A DNA stretch of 64,000 bases from an uncultured Actinomycetes bacterium (GCA_963706025.1 CAVPLM010000003.1:800001-864000), one strand, 5' to 3'; counted from the stretch's first letter, positions 1-9,006 are shown. Made by a program: numbers and translations. Notes: a model not told the origin generated them from the letters alone.

Positions 1-357
1 ATGAGTGATTCTGAAGCGCAACTGGTGTTGGTGGGCTCCAGGCGCATGGATGCCTTGCGGAGGGGCGGTGGCTGACGGCCCTCGCTATCTCTGGAAGAGG
101 TAGTCGGTTATCTGAACCAGGATCTGGGAGCCCGGATGGGGAACGACGGGCCCCTGCTATACGTCGATGTCGATGACCCCGACCTCGAAGATTTCCCGGC
201 TCTGGCCGGCGCGGTGGCCGAGGGTGACGGGGCTCCGCTGGTATTGGTGGGAGAAGAGATCAAGACTCCGGCCTCGATCAGTGTGTACTGGATCGAAGAC
301 CAGCTTGCCGGTCTGGGTGTTGCACCCTTCGCCGACGAAGAGGGAGACGGTGGCTGA
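1..357 (+). CDS. Small thioredoxin-like (possibly YuzD/DUF1462-like) protein; probable selenoprotein with in-frame UGA at 73-75
   Basis: ATG at 1 is in frame with ORF 136..357 and a single TGA interrupts it (…RRGGG-U-RPSLSLEEVVGYL…). Hairpin GCTATCTCT-GGA-AGAGGTAGT at 84-104. The true start may lie upstream of the window. Confidence 0.65.
84..104 (+). promoter_or_regulatory. Candidate bacterial SECIS element
   Basis: 9-bp stem (two G-U pairs) with a G-first apical loop about 17 nt after UGA 73-75. Confidence 0.6.
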
Positions 358-587
358 TGGCTTCGTATGATCTGAGGTGCCGCTCGTGCGGCAAGGACTT
401 CGAGGTGTTCGTCCGCGGCTTCCTCAAGGACGATGAGAAGGTATGCCCGGACTGCGGCGGGCGCGAGGTGGAGCAGCGTTTCACGGGGTTCGGCGGCGTG
501 TTGGGTCTGGGTCCGGCGGCTCCGTCGTGCGTCGACACCGGCAGGTGTGAGCCCCAGGGCTGTACACCCAGGTCGGGCTTCAGCTGA
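357..587 (+). CDS. FmdB-family zinc ribbon protein; may extend to 596 if UGA 585-587 is Sec
   Basis: MASYDLRCRSCG…F…CPDCG motif; TGATG overlap with the upstream gene. Confidence 0.85.
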   Translation: MASYDLRCRSCGKDFEVFVRGFLKDDEKVCPDCGGREVEQRFTGFGGVLGLGPAAPSCVDTGRCEPQGCTPRSGFS

Positions 588-736
588 GCGTCGTGACGGG
601 GCCCGTGTGGCCCCAGATCCAGCCGGCCCGGGCCATGGTTCGAATGTGAGGCGGCCTAGGAGTGCGGGCCGGCGTGCGATAATCGGCACGCTGAGGCAGA
701 GACCTGAGAGCTCTGTCGTCTACCCAAGGGAGTTGA

Positions 737-1546
737 ATGTACCCTGAGCTGTTCAATATCGGCGGGTTCACGATGAACTCGTTCGGGGTGATGATGGCGC
801 TTTCGTTCATCTCCGCCGGTTTCGTCGCTCATTGGCAGTTCAAGCAGAGAGGCGTCAAGCCTGATTTCATCTACGGACTACTCATCGCGTGCGTCATCGG
901 GGGTCTTCTCGGCGCCAAGATCCACTATCTGATCCTTCATCCCGCCGAATGGCCGGGAAACCTCCTGAGCGGCGGGGGTCTGGTGTGGTTCGGGGGACTC
1001 TTCGGCGCCATCGTGGCGGTGGTCATTGTCACCCTGCTTTCGAAAGAACGGCTGGCGGCCGTCATGGACTCCGGTGGCCCGGCAGTAGCCGTCGGCTACG
1101 CGGTGGGGCGGATCGGCTGCTTCCTCAGGGGTGACGACTACGGAGTGCCCACCGATCTACCTTGGGGCTTGTCTTTCCCGAAAGGTCTTCCCCCCACCAC
1201 GGTGCAAGTGCATCCTACCCAGCTGTACGAGTCTTTGGCCTCGCTGGTGATCTTCGCCCTCCTCGTGTGGGTCATCAGCCCCCGTTTCAAGCGAGAGGGC
1301 CCCTTGATCTTCGCCTATCTGCTGCTGGCCGGGATCGAGCGGTTCCTGGTGGAGTTCATCCGCACCAACGAGCCGGTGGCGCTGGGGCTCACGCAACAGC
1401 AGTGGATCAGCGTGGCGCTCTTCGCCATCGGCATCGCCGGGATGTGGTACTTCGAGACCTACGGACGGCTCCGTCCGGCGGTGGGCGACCAGGGGAACGT
1501 CGTGCCGGTCGTCGCCCCGGCCTCAAGCGGCCGTAAGGCCAGGTGA
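737..1546 (+). CDS. lgt: Prolipoprotein diacylglyceryl transferase
   Basis: GGLVWFGG, GRIGCFLRGDDYG, HPTQLYE and ERFLVEFIR motifs; RBS AAGGGAG. Confidence 0.93.
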   Translation: MYPELFNIGGFTMNSFGVMMALSFISAGFVAHWQFKQRGVKPDFIYGLLIACVIGGLLGAKIHYLILHPAEWPGNLLSGGGLVWFGGLFGAIVAVVIVTLLSKERLAAVMDSGGPAVAVGYAVGRIGCFLRGDDYGVPTDLPWGLSFPKGLPPTTVQVHPTQLYESLASLVIFALLVWVISPRFKREGPLIFAYLLLAGIERFLVEFIRTNEPVALGLTQQQWISVALFAIGIAGMWYFETYGRLRPAVGDQGNVVPVVAPASSGRKAR

Positions 1547-1550
1547 GGCC

Positions 1551-2084
1551 ATGCGCCGCGCGCCGCGAAGAAACAACGCCCTGATGATCACCGCCGGAAT
1601 GGCGGCGTTCTTTGTGGCCTTGGTCGCGGTCTTGGCCGCCGGGTGCGGTTCCACCGGCACTTCCGCGACCGGCGCCACCGCCCAGGCCGAGGCCGGTTTC
1701 TCTGGCGTCACCCTCGACGGCACGGAGGTCTCTCTGAGCGAGTACCGGGGTAAGCCCCTGGTGTTGGCCTTCATGGCCAGCTGGTGAGGGGCCTGCGGGG
1801 CGGAGGCGCCCGAACTCGATAGGTTCTATCGAGACGAAGCAGAAAGAGCGGGGCTGTTGGTGATAGCCGTGAACGACGGCGAGGACGCCATGCGGGAGTT
1901 CGTTGACCAGGGCGGGTACACGTTCCCGGTGATGCTCGATCCGGACAACCTGGCCGCGGACTACGGGGTACGCGCCATCCCCACCATCGTGGTGCTCGAC
2001 TCCGAAGGCGAGGTCGCCAAGACTGTGGTCGGCGGCGTCACAGCCGAGGAACTGTCGAGCCTGGTGGATGACCTTACCCGCTGA
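1551..2084 (+). CDS. TlpA/ResA-type thiol-disulfide oxidoreductase lipoprotein; selenoprotein with UxxC active site (UGA 1785-1787)
   Basis: ORFs 1551..1787 and 1857..2084 share a frame and are separated by a single TGA, giving FMASW-U-GAC-GAEAP, the canonical WCxxC position. Lipobox LAAGC; cis-Pro AIPT. Confidence 0.85.
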
Positions 2085-2790
2085 CCTCGGTATCACCGCC
2101 TTCCTCGTGGCGTTAGCGGGCGGGGCTGCCAGCTTCCTCAGCCCTTGTGTCCTCCCCCTCCTTCCGGCCTATCTCTCGTTCGTCTCCGGCCTGAGCGTCG
2201 AGGAGTTGCGGGAGGGGGATCGACGAGTGTTCTTGAGCACGCTCGCCTTCGTGCTCGGGTTCTCCGCCGTGTTCACCTTACTGGGGGCGGGTTTCTCCTT
2301 CGCCGGCGTGCTGGTCGCCAACCAACGCTTGCTCCAGATCGTCTCGGGAGCCCTGTTGGTCGTACTCGGGGCTATCATCGCCGGTCTGACAGCGCCCGGC
2401 TTCATGCAGAAGGACGTGCGGCCGCTCCTCGGCAAGGTGCCTCGGGGCCCGACGGGAGCCTTCATCATGGGCGTGGCTTTTGCCTTTGGCTGGACGCCCT
2501 GCGTCGGTCCGGTGCTGGCCTCGATACTGACCATGGCCGCCTCGGGAGGCGACCCGGCGGCTGGAGCAATGCTTCTGTTCGTGTATTCCTTGGGATTGGG
2601 GATACCTTTCTTGTTGGCGGGGTTCTTCGTGGGCCGAGCCTTGCGGGCGTTCTCGCGAGTGCGGAAGCATCTGCGGGTCATCCAGATAATCTGCGGAGTA
2701 ATCCTGGTGCTCTACGGGGCCCTCCTGATCGGAGGGCAGTTCGGCTGGCTGTCGGCGCGGTTGTCCGGCTTGGGTCTTCCCCTTTTCTGA
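2068..2790 (+). CDS. ccdA: Cytochrome c biogenesis protein CcdA (DsbD transmembrane domain)
   Basis: SFLSPCVLPLLPAY and GWTPCVGP motifs. Confidence 0.93.
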   Translation: MTLPADLGITAFLVALAGGAASFLSPCVLPLLPAYLSFVSGLSVEELREGDRRVFLSTLAFVLGFSAVFTLLGAGFSFAGVLVANQRLLQIVSGALLVVLGAIIAGLTAPGFMQKDVRPLLGKVPRGPTGAFIMGVAFAFGWTPCVGPVLASILTMAASGGDPAAGAMLLFVYSLGLGIPFLLAGFFVGRALRAFSRVRKHLRVIQIICGVILVLYGALLIGGQFGWLSARLSGLGLPLF

Positions 2791-3080
2791 CCCATCTCTG
2801 ACCGGGGGGACGATGCCCACCGGCTGCGCCGCGGGCTCCTTCAGGCGGGTCTGACTTGGCGGAAGCTAGGAACTGACTTCCGTTCTTTGGCGTCGTAGGG
2901 GCGACAGGGTAGGGTCACAGCCGACCTGGCCGTGTCACCCTCCTGTCAGTCCGCCGGGGGGGCGTGAGGGCGCTGGTCGCACCTTGGTGCTCCCAGCGCC
3001 CTCGGTGTATACTCCGTTTTTCGCGTTGCCAGCAAGGGGCCGTGGCTTGCAGAAGTCCTGTCCGGCGGCGCGGGTACAAT

Positions 3081-3146
3081 CCCATACTGCACCCCTGCTC
3101 CGGCAGTGAGGCCGGGGCCGCTTGAGACCGTAGGAGGTGATCTAAG
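3081..3146 (+). promoter_or_regulatory. Probable rpsF leader (S6:S18-binding cis-regulatory RNA) downstream of a TACAAT -10 box at 3075-3080
   Basis: CCCCTGCTCCGG…CCGGGGC hairpin, with a CCC stretch complementary to the GGAGG RBS, directly before rpsF. Confidence 0.45.
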
Positions 3147-3491
3147 CTGAACAGCTATGAGCTGGTTCTTATCCTGCGCGCCGACGTGGAGGATCAAGAA
3201 CGAACCGCGGTGCTCGATCGCACCAAAGAGATCATCACGGGCGACCAAGGCGTCGTCGTGAAGATCGACGAGTGGGGCAAGCGACGTCTTGCCTATGAGA
3301 TCAAGGATGTCTTCGATGGCGTCTACTACATCCTCTATTTCGAGGCGACGCCCAAGACTCTTGACGAGGTGACCCGGGTGCTCGGCATCACCGACAGCGT
3401 GCTGCGATTCATGCCGGTCCGCCACGAGAAGCCTTTCAGCCTCCAGCAGCCCGCGGCTGCGGCTGCTGCATCGGCTGCGGAAGAAGCCTAG
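3147..3491 (+). CDS. rpsF: 30S ribosomal protein S6 (CTG start)
   Basis: (M)NSYELVLIL…WGKRRLAYEI…VLRFM. RBS AGGAGGTGA precedes CTG 3147 and there is an in-frame stop at 3138-3140. Confidence 0.93.
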   Translation: MNSYELVLILRADVEDQERTAVLDRTKEIITGDQGVVVKIDEWGKRRLAYEIKDVFDGVYYILYFEATPKTLDEVTRVLGITDSVLRFMPVRHEKPFSLQQPAAAAAASAAEEA

Positions 3492-3506
3492 TCCAAGGAG
3501 AAGAAG

Positions 3507-3950
3507 ATGGCTCGCGGCATCGCACATGTGACCCTGGTGGGCAACCTGACCCGCGACCCAGAGCTCCGTCAGACTCCGAGTGGTACCTCGGTGTGCCAGC
3601 TGGGAGTGGCGGTCAACTCCTCGTACAAAGACTCGTCCGGCCAATGGATCGAGAAACCCAACTACTTCGATGTGGTCGTCTGGGGGGCACAGGGCGACAA
3701 TTGCGCCAAGTACCTCAGCAAGGGCCGCCAGGTAGCGGTCGACGGCCGCTTGGACCAGCGCAGCTGGGAAGCCCAAGACGGCACGAAGCGCAGCAAGGTG
3801 GAGATCATTGCCGATACGGTCATGTTCATAGGCGGTCAGAACGAGACGCGCGAGCCGGCGTTCCGGGGAGGGGCTCAGCCCTCGCCCGACGCGGCGGCGC
3901 AAGACGACTTTCGTGACATCGATTTCGGGGGCGACGACATTCCCTTCTAG
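3507..3950 (+). CDS. ssb: Single-stranded DNA-binding protein
   Basis: LVGNLTRDPELR N-terminus and DDIPF C-terminus. Confidence 0.97.
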   Translation: MARGIAHVTLVGNLTRDPELRQTPSGTSVCQLGVAVNSSYKDSSGQWIEKPNYFDVVVWGAQGDNCAKYLSKGRQVAVDGRLDQRSWEAQDGTKRSKVEIIADTVMFIGGQNETREPAFRGGAQPSPDAAAQDDFRDIDFGGDDIPF

Positions 3951-3973
3951 TCGCTCCAAGGAGGTAGGACAAA

Positions 3974-4231
3974 GTGGCGAATCCCAAGAAGCCGCAGCGG
4001 CGCACGCGGCCCACGACCGGCTCGCGGCGGCGTAAGTACTGCTTCTTCTGCAAAGAGGGTGTGGTGGAAGTCGACTACAAAGACTACGGTACGCTCCGCC
4101 GGTTCATGTCTGAGCGAGGCAAGATCCGGTCCCGCCGCACCACCGGTGCGTGCCGGCGGCATCAGCGGCAGGTCGCCGTGGCGATCAAGCGGGCTCGTGA
4201 GGTCGCACTGCTTCCTTACAGTAGCCGGTAG
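3974..4231 (+). CDS. rpsR: 30S ribosomal protein S18 (Zn-binding C+ type)
   Basis: CFFC…DYKD…SERGKI…RRTTGAC..HQR…AIKRAR. Confidence 0.97.
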   Translation: MANPKKPQRRTRPTTGSRRRKYCFFCKEGVVEVDYKDYGTLRRFMSERGKIRSRRTTGACRRHQRQVAVAIKRAREVALLPYSSR

Positions 4232-4246
4232 AGGGATACTTGGGCC

Positions 4247-5218
4247 GTGAAGGCGCCCTCCCTTGCCCCCTTGGCCAAGGCGACGGCTGCGACCGTCGTC
4301 ATTGGTCTTTGCGTGCTACTTCTCCCGTTCGCGTCGGCGGTCCTGGCCCCCTTTCTGGTCCTCCCACTGGCCCATATTGTGGCCCGCCGGGGCGCGCTGA
4401 ACGGCGCGCTCGTCGCGGTGGTCACCGGGGGATTGGTCTACGTGGTCGGCGGCGTGAGCTCGGCGCTGCTGGTCTTCCTGCTCGTGCTCTGCGTGGGAAT
4501 GATCATGGGCCAGGCGGTGCGCCGGGGGTGGAGCTTCGGGCGGAGCCTGGCTTCTACGGCCGGCGCAGCGCTGGTCGCCTTCGTGCTCTGGGGGGCGGCT
4601 ACGTGGTTGGTTCTGGGTCTCAGCTTGACCCAGTTGCGCGAGAGCGCTTACGCATCCGTCGATGAGACGGCAGCGTTTTATGCTCAGATGGGCGTGGGAG
4701 CGGATACCGCCGATTCCGTCTCTGCACTGCTGCGACAGTTCGTGGACGTCATCCCCTATCTGACCCCGGGGCTCCTGGGCATGGGGGTGATCCTGCTGGC
4801 CGGCTCCTCGCTGGGCTTGGCGTACCTGATCTTCCCGCGGGTGAGGGACAAAGTGGCAGTCGATCTCTCGTTGTCCAAGTTCCGGATGCACTGGGCGGCT
4901 GCCTACGCGTCGATCGCGGGACTGGCTATGCTGGTGTTCGCCCGAGGCGACGGTGGCTGGCAGACCCCGGTGCTGTATGTTGGCATCAACGTCCTCTTGG
5001 TGTCGCAGACACTATTTTTCGTGCAGGGTTTGGCCGTGGTGAGGTGGTTCGTCGTCACCCGCCGGTTGAGCCCGGGCTCAGGGGTGGCCCTGTTCGTAGC
5101 GGCGGTCGTAGGGCAGGTGCTCGTCCACCTGACGGCACTGGCAGGCCTGTTCGACACCTGGTTGGACTATCGCAAGCGTTTTGCGCTCAAGAGCCCCGGT
5201 GCGGGTTCCTTGAGATGA
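4247..5218 (+). CDS. YybS/DUF2232-family membrane protein
   Basis: Multiple TM segments, FFVQGLAV and GLFDTWLDYRKR motifs, and the usual position between rpsR and rplI. Confidence 0.8.
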   Translation: MKAPSLAPLAKATAATVVIGLCVLLLPFASAVLAPFLVLPLAHIVARRGALNGALVAVVTGGLVYVVGGVSSALLVFLLVLCVGMIMGQAVRRGWSFGRSLASTAGAALVAFVLWGAATWLVLGLSLTQLRESAYASVDETAAFYAQMGVGADTADSVSALLRQFVDVIPYLTPGLLGMGVILLAGSSLGLAYLIFPRVRDKVAVDLSLSKFRMHWAAAYASIAGLAMLVFARGDGGWQTPVLYVGINVLLVSQTLFFVQGLAVVRWFVVTRRLSPGSGVALFVAAVVGQVLVHLTALAGLFDTWLDYRKRFALKSPGAGSLR

Positions 5219-5237
5219 CATCGACAAGGAGTGAGAT

Positions 5238-5699
5238 ATGGAGATAATCCTTTTGCAGGACGTTGAGAAGCTGGGCCAGAAGGGCGAAGTGGCGCACGTG
5301 TCGGACGGCTACGCCCGCAATTACCTTTTCCCCCGCAAGCTGGCGGAGATGGCGACCCCGGCTCGTATCGCCGTCGTGCGGCAGATCATGGAAGAGAAGG
5401 CAGCCCATGCCCGGCGCGAAGCCGAGAAGGCCGACGAGACGAGGGACCTCCTTTCCAAGACCGTTCTCACCATCCCCGCACCCGTGGGATCGGGCGAGCG
5501 GCTCTTCGGCTCGGTGACCAACCAGGACATCGCCAACGCGATATACACCGCCCGGAAGATCCGGGTGGACAAGCGCAACGTTGCTCTGGAAGAGCCCATC
5601 AAGACCGTGGGGACATTCATGGTGAAGGTAGACGTCCACAGCAGCGTGGAGCCGGCTGAAGTCAAGGTCATCGTGGTACCGGAGGAACACAAGGCCTAG
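5238..5699 (+). CDS. rplI: 50S ribosomal protein L9
   Basis: MEIILLQDVEKLG…GYARNYLFP…RLFGSVT. Confidence 0.97.
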   Translation: MEIILLQDVEKLGQKGEVAHVSDGYARNYLFPRKLAEMATPARIAVVRQIMEEKAAHARREAEKADETRDLLSKTVLTIPAPVGSGERLFGSVTNQDIANAIYTARKIRVDKRNVALEEPIKTVGTFMVKVDVHSSVEPAEVKVIVVPEEHKA

Positions 5700-5734
5700 T
5701 CGGGCATTCGTCCCCCGAAGGAAGAGGGGCACAT

Positions 5735-7510
5735 GTGGAGATGATGGCGGGCAGCGGAGGAGTCGAGGGTCAGAGTGGGGGCGACTATCTGCTCCCACAG
5801 AACCTGGACGCTGAGATATCCGTACTGGGCGCGAGCATGCTCACGCCCAACGTGATCCCCGGTGTCAGCGAGATCGTCCGTCCGCACCACTTCTACCGGC
5901 AGGCACACCAGCGCATCTTCGAGGTCATCGAAGAACTCTTCTCGCGAGGCGAGCCGGTGGACCCCATCACCGTCAGCGAAGAGCTGGCCAATCGCGCGAG
6001 CCTGGATTCGGTAGGGGGACGGGCGTTCATCCACAGTCTGGTCACCGCCGTTCCCGCGGCCACGAACGCCCGGCATTACGCCGAGATCGTCCGTGAGAAC
6101 TACTACCTCCGCTCGCTCATCAAGGTGGGTGGCGAGATCACCGAGATGGGCTACCGGCGGGAACAGCCGCCCATGGATCTCATCGACAAGGCCGAGCAGA
6201 TGGTCTTCGACATCTCGCAGACACGCGTGGCCGGCGAGTTCGAGCCCATCGGGGAGCTGATCAGCGAGAGCTTCGCCGAGCTGGAGCGGACCATGTCGGA
6301 GGGGCACCACACCGTGGGTTGCCAGACCGGCTTCCGCGACCTGGACGCCATCATCAGCGGGTTCCAGCCCTCCAACCTGGTGATCCTGGCCGCCCGTCCC
6401 TCCATGGGCAAGACCGCCCTCGCCCTCAATATCGCCCGCAATGTGGCCGTCGATCAAGGCAAAGGGGTGGCCGTCTTCAGCTTGGAGATGTCCAAGATGG
6501 AAGTGGTCAACCGGATGATGTGCTCGGAAGCCAGGGTGGACAGCTGGCGGGTGCGGCGGGGGATCCTGCAGCCCCAGGAGTGGAGCAAGCTTGCGGCTGC
6601 CTGCACTCCCCTGCATACCGCGCCCATCTTCGTCGACGATAGCGCCTCGCTCAACCTCATGGAGATCCGGGCCAAGGCCCGGCGCCTCAGAGCCAAGGAG
6701 AAGAACCTGGGCCTTGTCATCGTCGACTACCTACAGCTCATGATGGGCGACACCAGCGCCGAGAGCCGGCAACAGGAGATCTCCCGGATCTCGCGAGGGC
6801 TGAAGATACTGGCCCGCGAGCTGGAGGTGCCTGTGCTCGCGTTGTCGCAGTTATCGCGGCAGGTCGAGCAGCGGGCCGGCAACAAGCCGGTGCTATCGGA
6901 CCTGAGGGAGTGCGTAACGGGCGACACCATGGTGTGCTTGGCGGATGGACGTCGGATCCCGGTGCGAGATCTCGTGGGGCAACAGCCGGATGTGATCGCA
7001 GTGGATGCCGATGGGCGGCTCACTGAGGCCAGGAGCGACTGCGTTTGGTCGGTAGGAAAGAGACCGGTCTACGAGCTTCGCACGGCCAGCGGTCGCCGGC
7101 TTCGGGCGACGGGGCAACACCGAGTGCTGGGCGGTGACGGTTGGGTGTCTTTGGAGAGGCTCTCTCTGGGGGACAGGGTCGGTTTTGCTCAAGAAAGCAT
7201 GGACTGGGATAGGGTTGTCGACGTCGTGCCGGCGGGCGAAGAAGAGGTGTTCGATCTGACCGTTCCTGGACCCTCCTCCTGGCTCGCCGATGGGCTGGTC
7301 AGCCACAACTCCGGCGCCATCGAACAGGATGCGGACGTGGTGCTGTTCATCTATCGCGACGAAGTCTACAACCGCGACAGTCCGGACAAGGGCACGGCCG
7401 AGATCATCGTGGGCAAGCAGCGCAACGGTCCCATCGGCGACTGCAAGATGGTGTTCATCCAGAACTACACGCGATTCGCCGATCTGGCGGATAAGCGCCT
7501 GACGCCCTAG
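5735..7510 (+). CDS. dnaB: Replicative DNA helicase with mini-intein
   Basis: PQNLDAE, AARPSMGKT, IVDYLQLM, LSQLSR, SDLRE|SGAIEQDAD. Confidence 0.97.
   Translation: MEMMAGSGGVEGQSGGDYLLPQNLDAEISVLGASMLTPNVIPGVSEIVRPHHFYRQAHQRIFEVIEELFSRGEPVDPITVSEELANRASLDSVGGRAFIHSLVTAVPAATNARHYAEIVRENYYLRSLIKVGGEITEMGYRREQPPMDLIDKAEQMVFDISQTRVAGEFEPIGELISESFAELERTMSEGHHTVGCQTGFRDLDAIISGFQPSNLVILAARPSMGKTALALNIARNVAVDQGKGVAVFSLEMSKMEVVNRMMCSEARVDSWRVRRGILQPQEWSKLAAACTPLHTAPIFVDDSASLNLMEIRAKARRLRAKEKNLGLVIVDYLQLMMGDTSAESRQQEISRISRGLKILARELEVPVLALSQLSRQVEQRAGNKPVLSDLRECVTGDTMVCLADGRRIPVRDLVGQQPDVIAVDADGRLTEARSDCVWSVGKRPVYELRTASGRRLRATGQHRVLGGDGWVSLERLSLGDRVGFAQESMDWDRVVDVVPAGEEEVFDLTVPGPSSWLADGLVSHNSGAIEQDADVVLFIYRDEVYNRDSPDKGTAEIIVGKQRNGPIGDCKMVFIQNYTRFADLADKRLTP
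6911..7309 (+). mobile_element. Mini-intein (133 aa, no homing endonuclease) in DnaB
   Basis: Starts CVTGDT, block B TGQH, block F VFDLTV, ends SHN followed by Ser +1; inserted at LRE/SGAIEQD. Confidence 0.95.
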
Positions 7511-7590
7511 GGCCGGCGCCCCGCAAGTGGCGTCGGACCGGGGCGGCGTCGGTGGGGCCCTGCAAGCGGCGCCGGGGCGATGGGAGATCG

Positions 7591-9006
7591 ATGATGGCAC
7601 GAAGCGACGACCAGTATGACGTGATCATCGTGGGCGGGGGGCCGGCCGGCATCTTCGCCGCCCTCGAATTGGCGCGGCACCCTGAGCTTCGAGTCCTCCT
7701 TCTCGAGAAAGGCGCCGACATCTCCGAGCGGAGCTGCCCGGCGCGCGTGACGGGTTCGTGCGCGCATTGCCCTACCTGCGACATCACCACGGGTTGGGGA
7801 GGGGCCGGGGCCTTCTCCGACGGCAAGCTCACACTGGGATCCGAGGTGGGCGGCTGGCTGGGTGAGTACGTGGACCCCGCCGGGCTGCCGGCGCTCATCG
7901 CGGATGTCGATCGGGTGTACCGGGAGTTCGGGGCTCCGGATCGACTCTACGGGGATGATCCCGAGAAGCTCGACCGCTGGGCCGATCTGGCGGCCCGGCA
8001 GGGGCTTCGCCTCGTGCGCTCGCCGGTGCGGCATCTGGGGACCGAGCGGGCGGCGGAAGTGCTGGCCGCCATGAGGGCCGAGCTTGAAGACAAGGTGCGT
8101 ATCGCCACTCACACCATGGTGACAGAGGTCGTGACCACCAAGTCCTCCGCGGGCTCCGCGACCGGCCGGGTCACCGGCGTAGCGACTGCATCGGGCGAGG
8201 CCTACGAGAGCCCGGTAGTGATCCTGGCTCCAGGGCGCGAGGGGTCCGCTTGGCTCACGGGGGAGGCGGGGCGCCTGGGGATCCCTTTGGCGAACAACGC
8301 GGTGGATATCGGGGTGCGGGTGGAGGTCTCCGCGGTGGTGACCGACGTGATCACCGAGGAATTGTACGAGCCCAAACTGTTGTACACGTCGCGGCACTTC
8401 GAGGATCAGGTGCGGACGTTCTGCATGAACCCGCACGGCGTGGTCTGCACCGAGAGCTGGGGCGATGCGGTGACCGTCAACGGCCACAGCTACGCCAATG
8501 CCGAGCGCAAGACCGAGAACACCAACTTCGCCCTGCTCGTCTCCACCCGCTTCACCGAGCCGTTCAAGGAGCCCATCGCTTACGGCAAGTCCATCGCCCA
8601 GCTTGCGAACATGCTGGGCAAGGACATCCTGGTACAGCGCTTGGGTGATCTGCGGGCCGGGCATCGCACCACTCCGGAGAGGTTGGCGCGCAGCGTGGTG
8701 GAACCGACGCTGCGCGCCGCCACCCCCGGCGATCTCAGCTTCGCCCTGCCCTATCGCCACCTCCGCGACCTGACCGACATGCTGGACGCCCTCGACGCGC
8801 TCCTGCCGGGCGTGGGGGGCCGTGACACGCTGCTGTATGGGGCCGAGGTGAAGTTCTACTCCTCCCGTTTGGCGCTGGGACCCGATCTGCAGACGCCGGT
8901 CTCGGGCCTCTACGCTGTCGGCGACGGAGCTGGAGTCACGCGTGGCTTGGTGCAGGCCTCGGCGTCTGGGATAGTGGCCGCTCGGGCGGTGATGGCCGGT
9001 CGCTGA
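7591..9006 (+). CDS. NAD(P)/FAD-dependent oxidoreductase (uncharacterised FAD dehydrogenase family with Cys cluster)
   Basis: DVIIVGGGPAG, CxxCxxC, GWGGAGAFSDGKL, RTFCMNP, GDGAGVTRG. Confidence 0.85.
   Translation: MMARSDDQYDVIIVGGGPAGIFAALELARHPELRVLLLEKGADISERSCPARVTGSCAHCPTCDITTGWGGAGAFSDGKLTLGSEVGGWLGEYVDPAGLPALIADVDRVYREFGAPDRLYGDDPEKLDRWADLAARQGLRLVRSPVRHLGTERAAEVLAAMRAELEDKVRIATHTMVTEVVTTKSSAGSATGRVTGVATASGEAYESPVVILAPGREGSAWLTGEAGRLGIPLANNAVDIGVRVEVSAVVTDVITEELYEPKLLYTSRHFEDQVRTFCMNPHGVVCTESWGDAVTVNGHSYANAERKTENTNFALLVSTRFTEPFKEPIAYGKSIAQLANMLGKDILVQRLGDLRAGHRTTPERLARSVVEPTLRAATPGDLSFALPYRHLRDLTDMLDALDALLPGVGGRDTLLYGAEVKFYSSRLALGPDLQTPVSGLYAVGDGAGVTRGLVQASASGIVAARAVMAGR

Noticed and set aside
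2788-2830. Sec read-through at the UGA stops of ccdA and lgt
   Set aside because: Both proteins are complete at the stop, and there is no Cys-equivalent context
7514-7578. GCAA-loop hairpins after dnaB as a terminator or ncRNA
   Set aside because: The stems are imperfect, there is no U-tract, and such hairpins are expected by chance at this GC content
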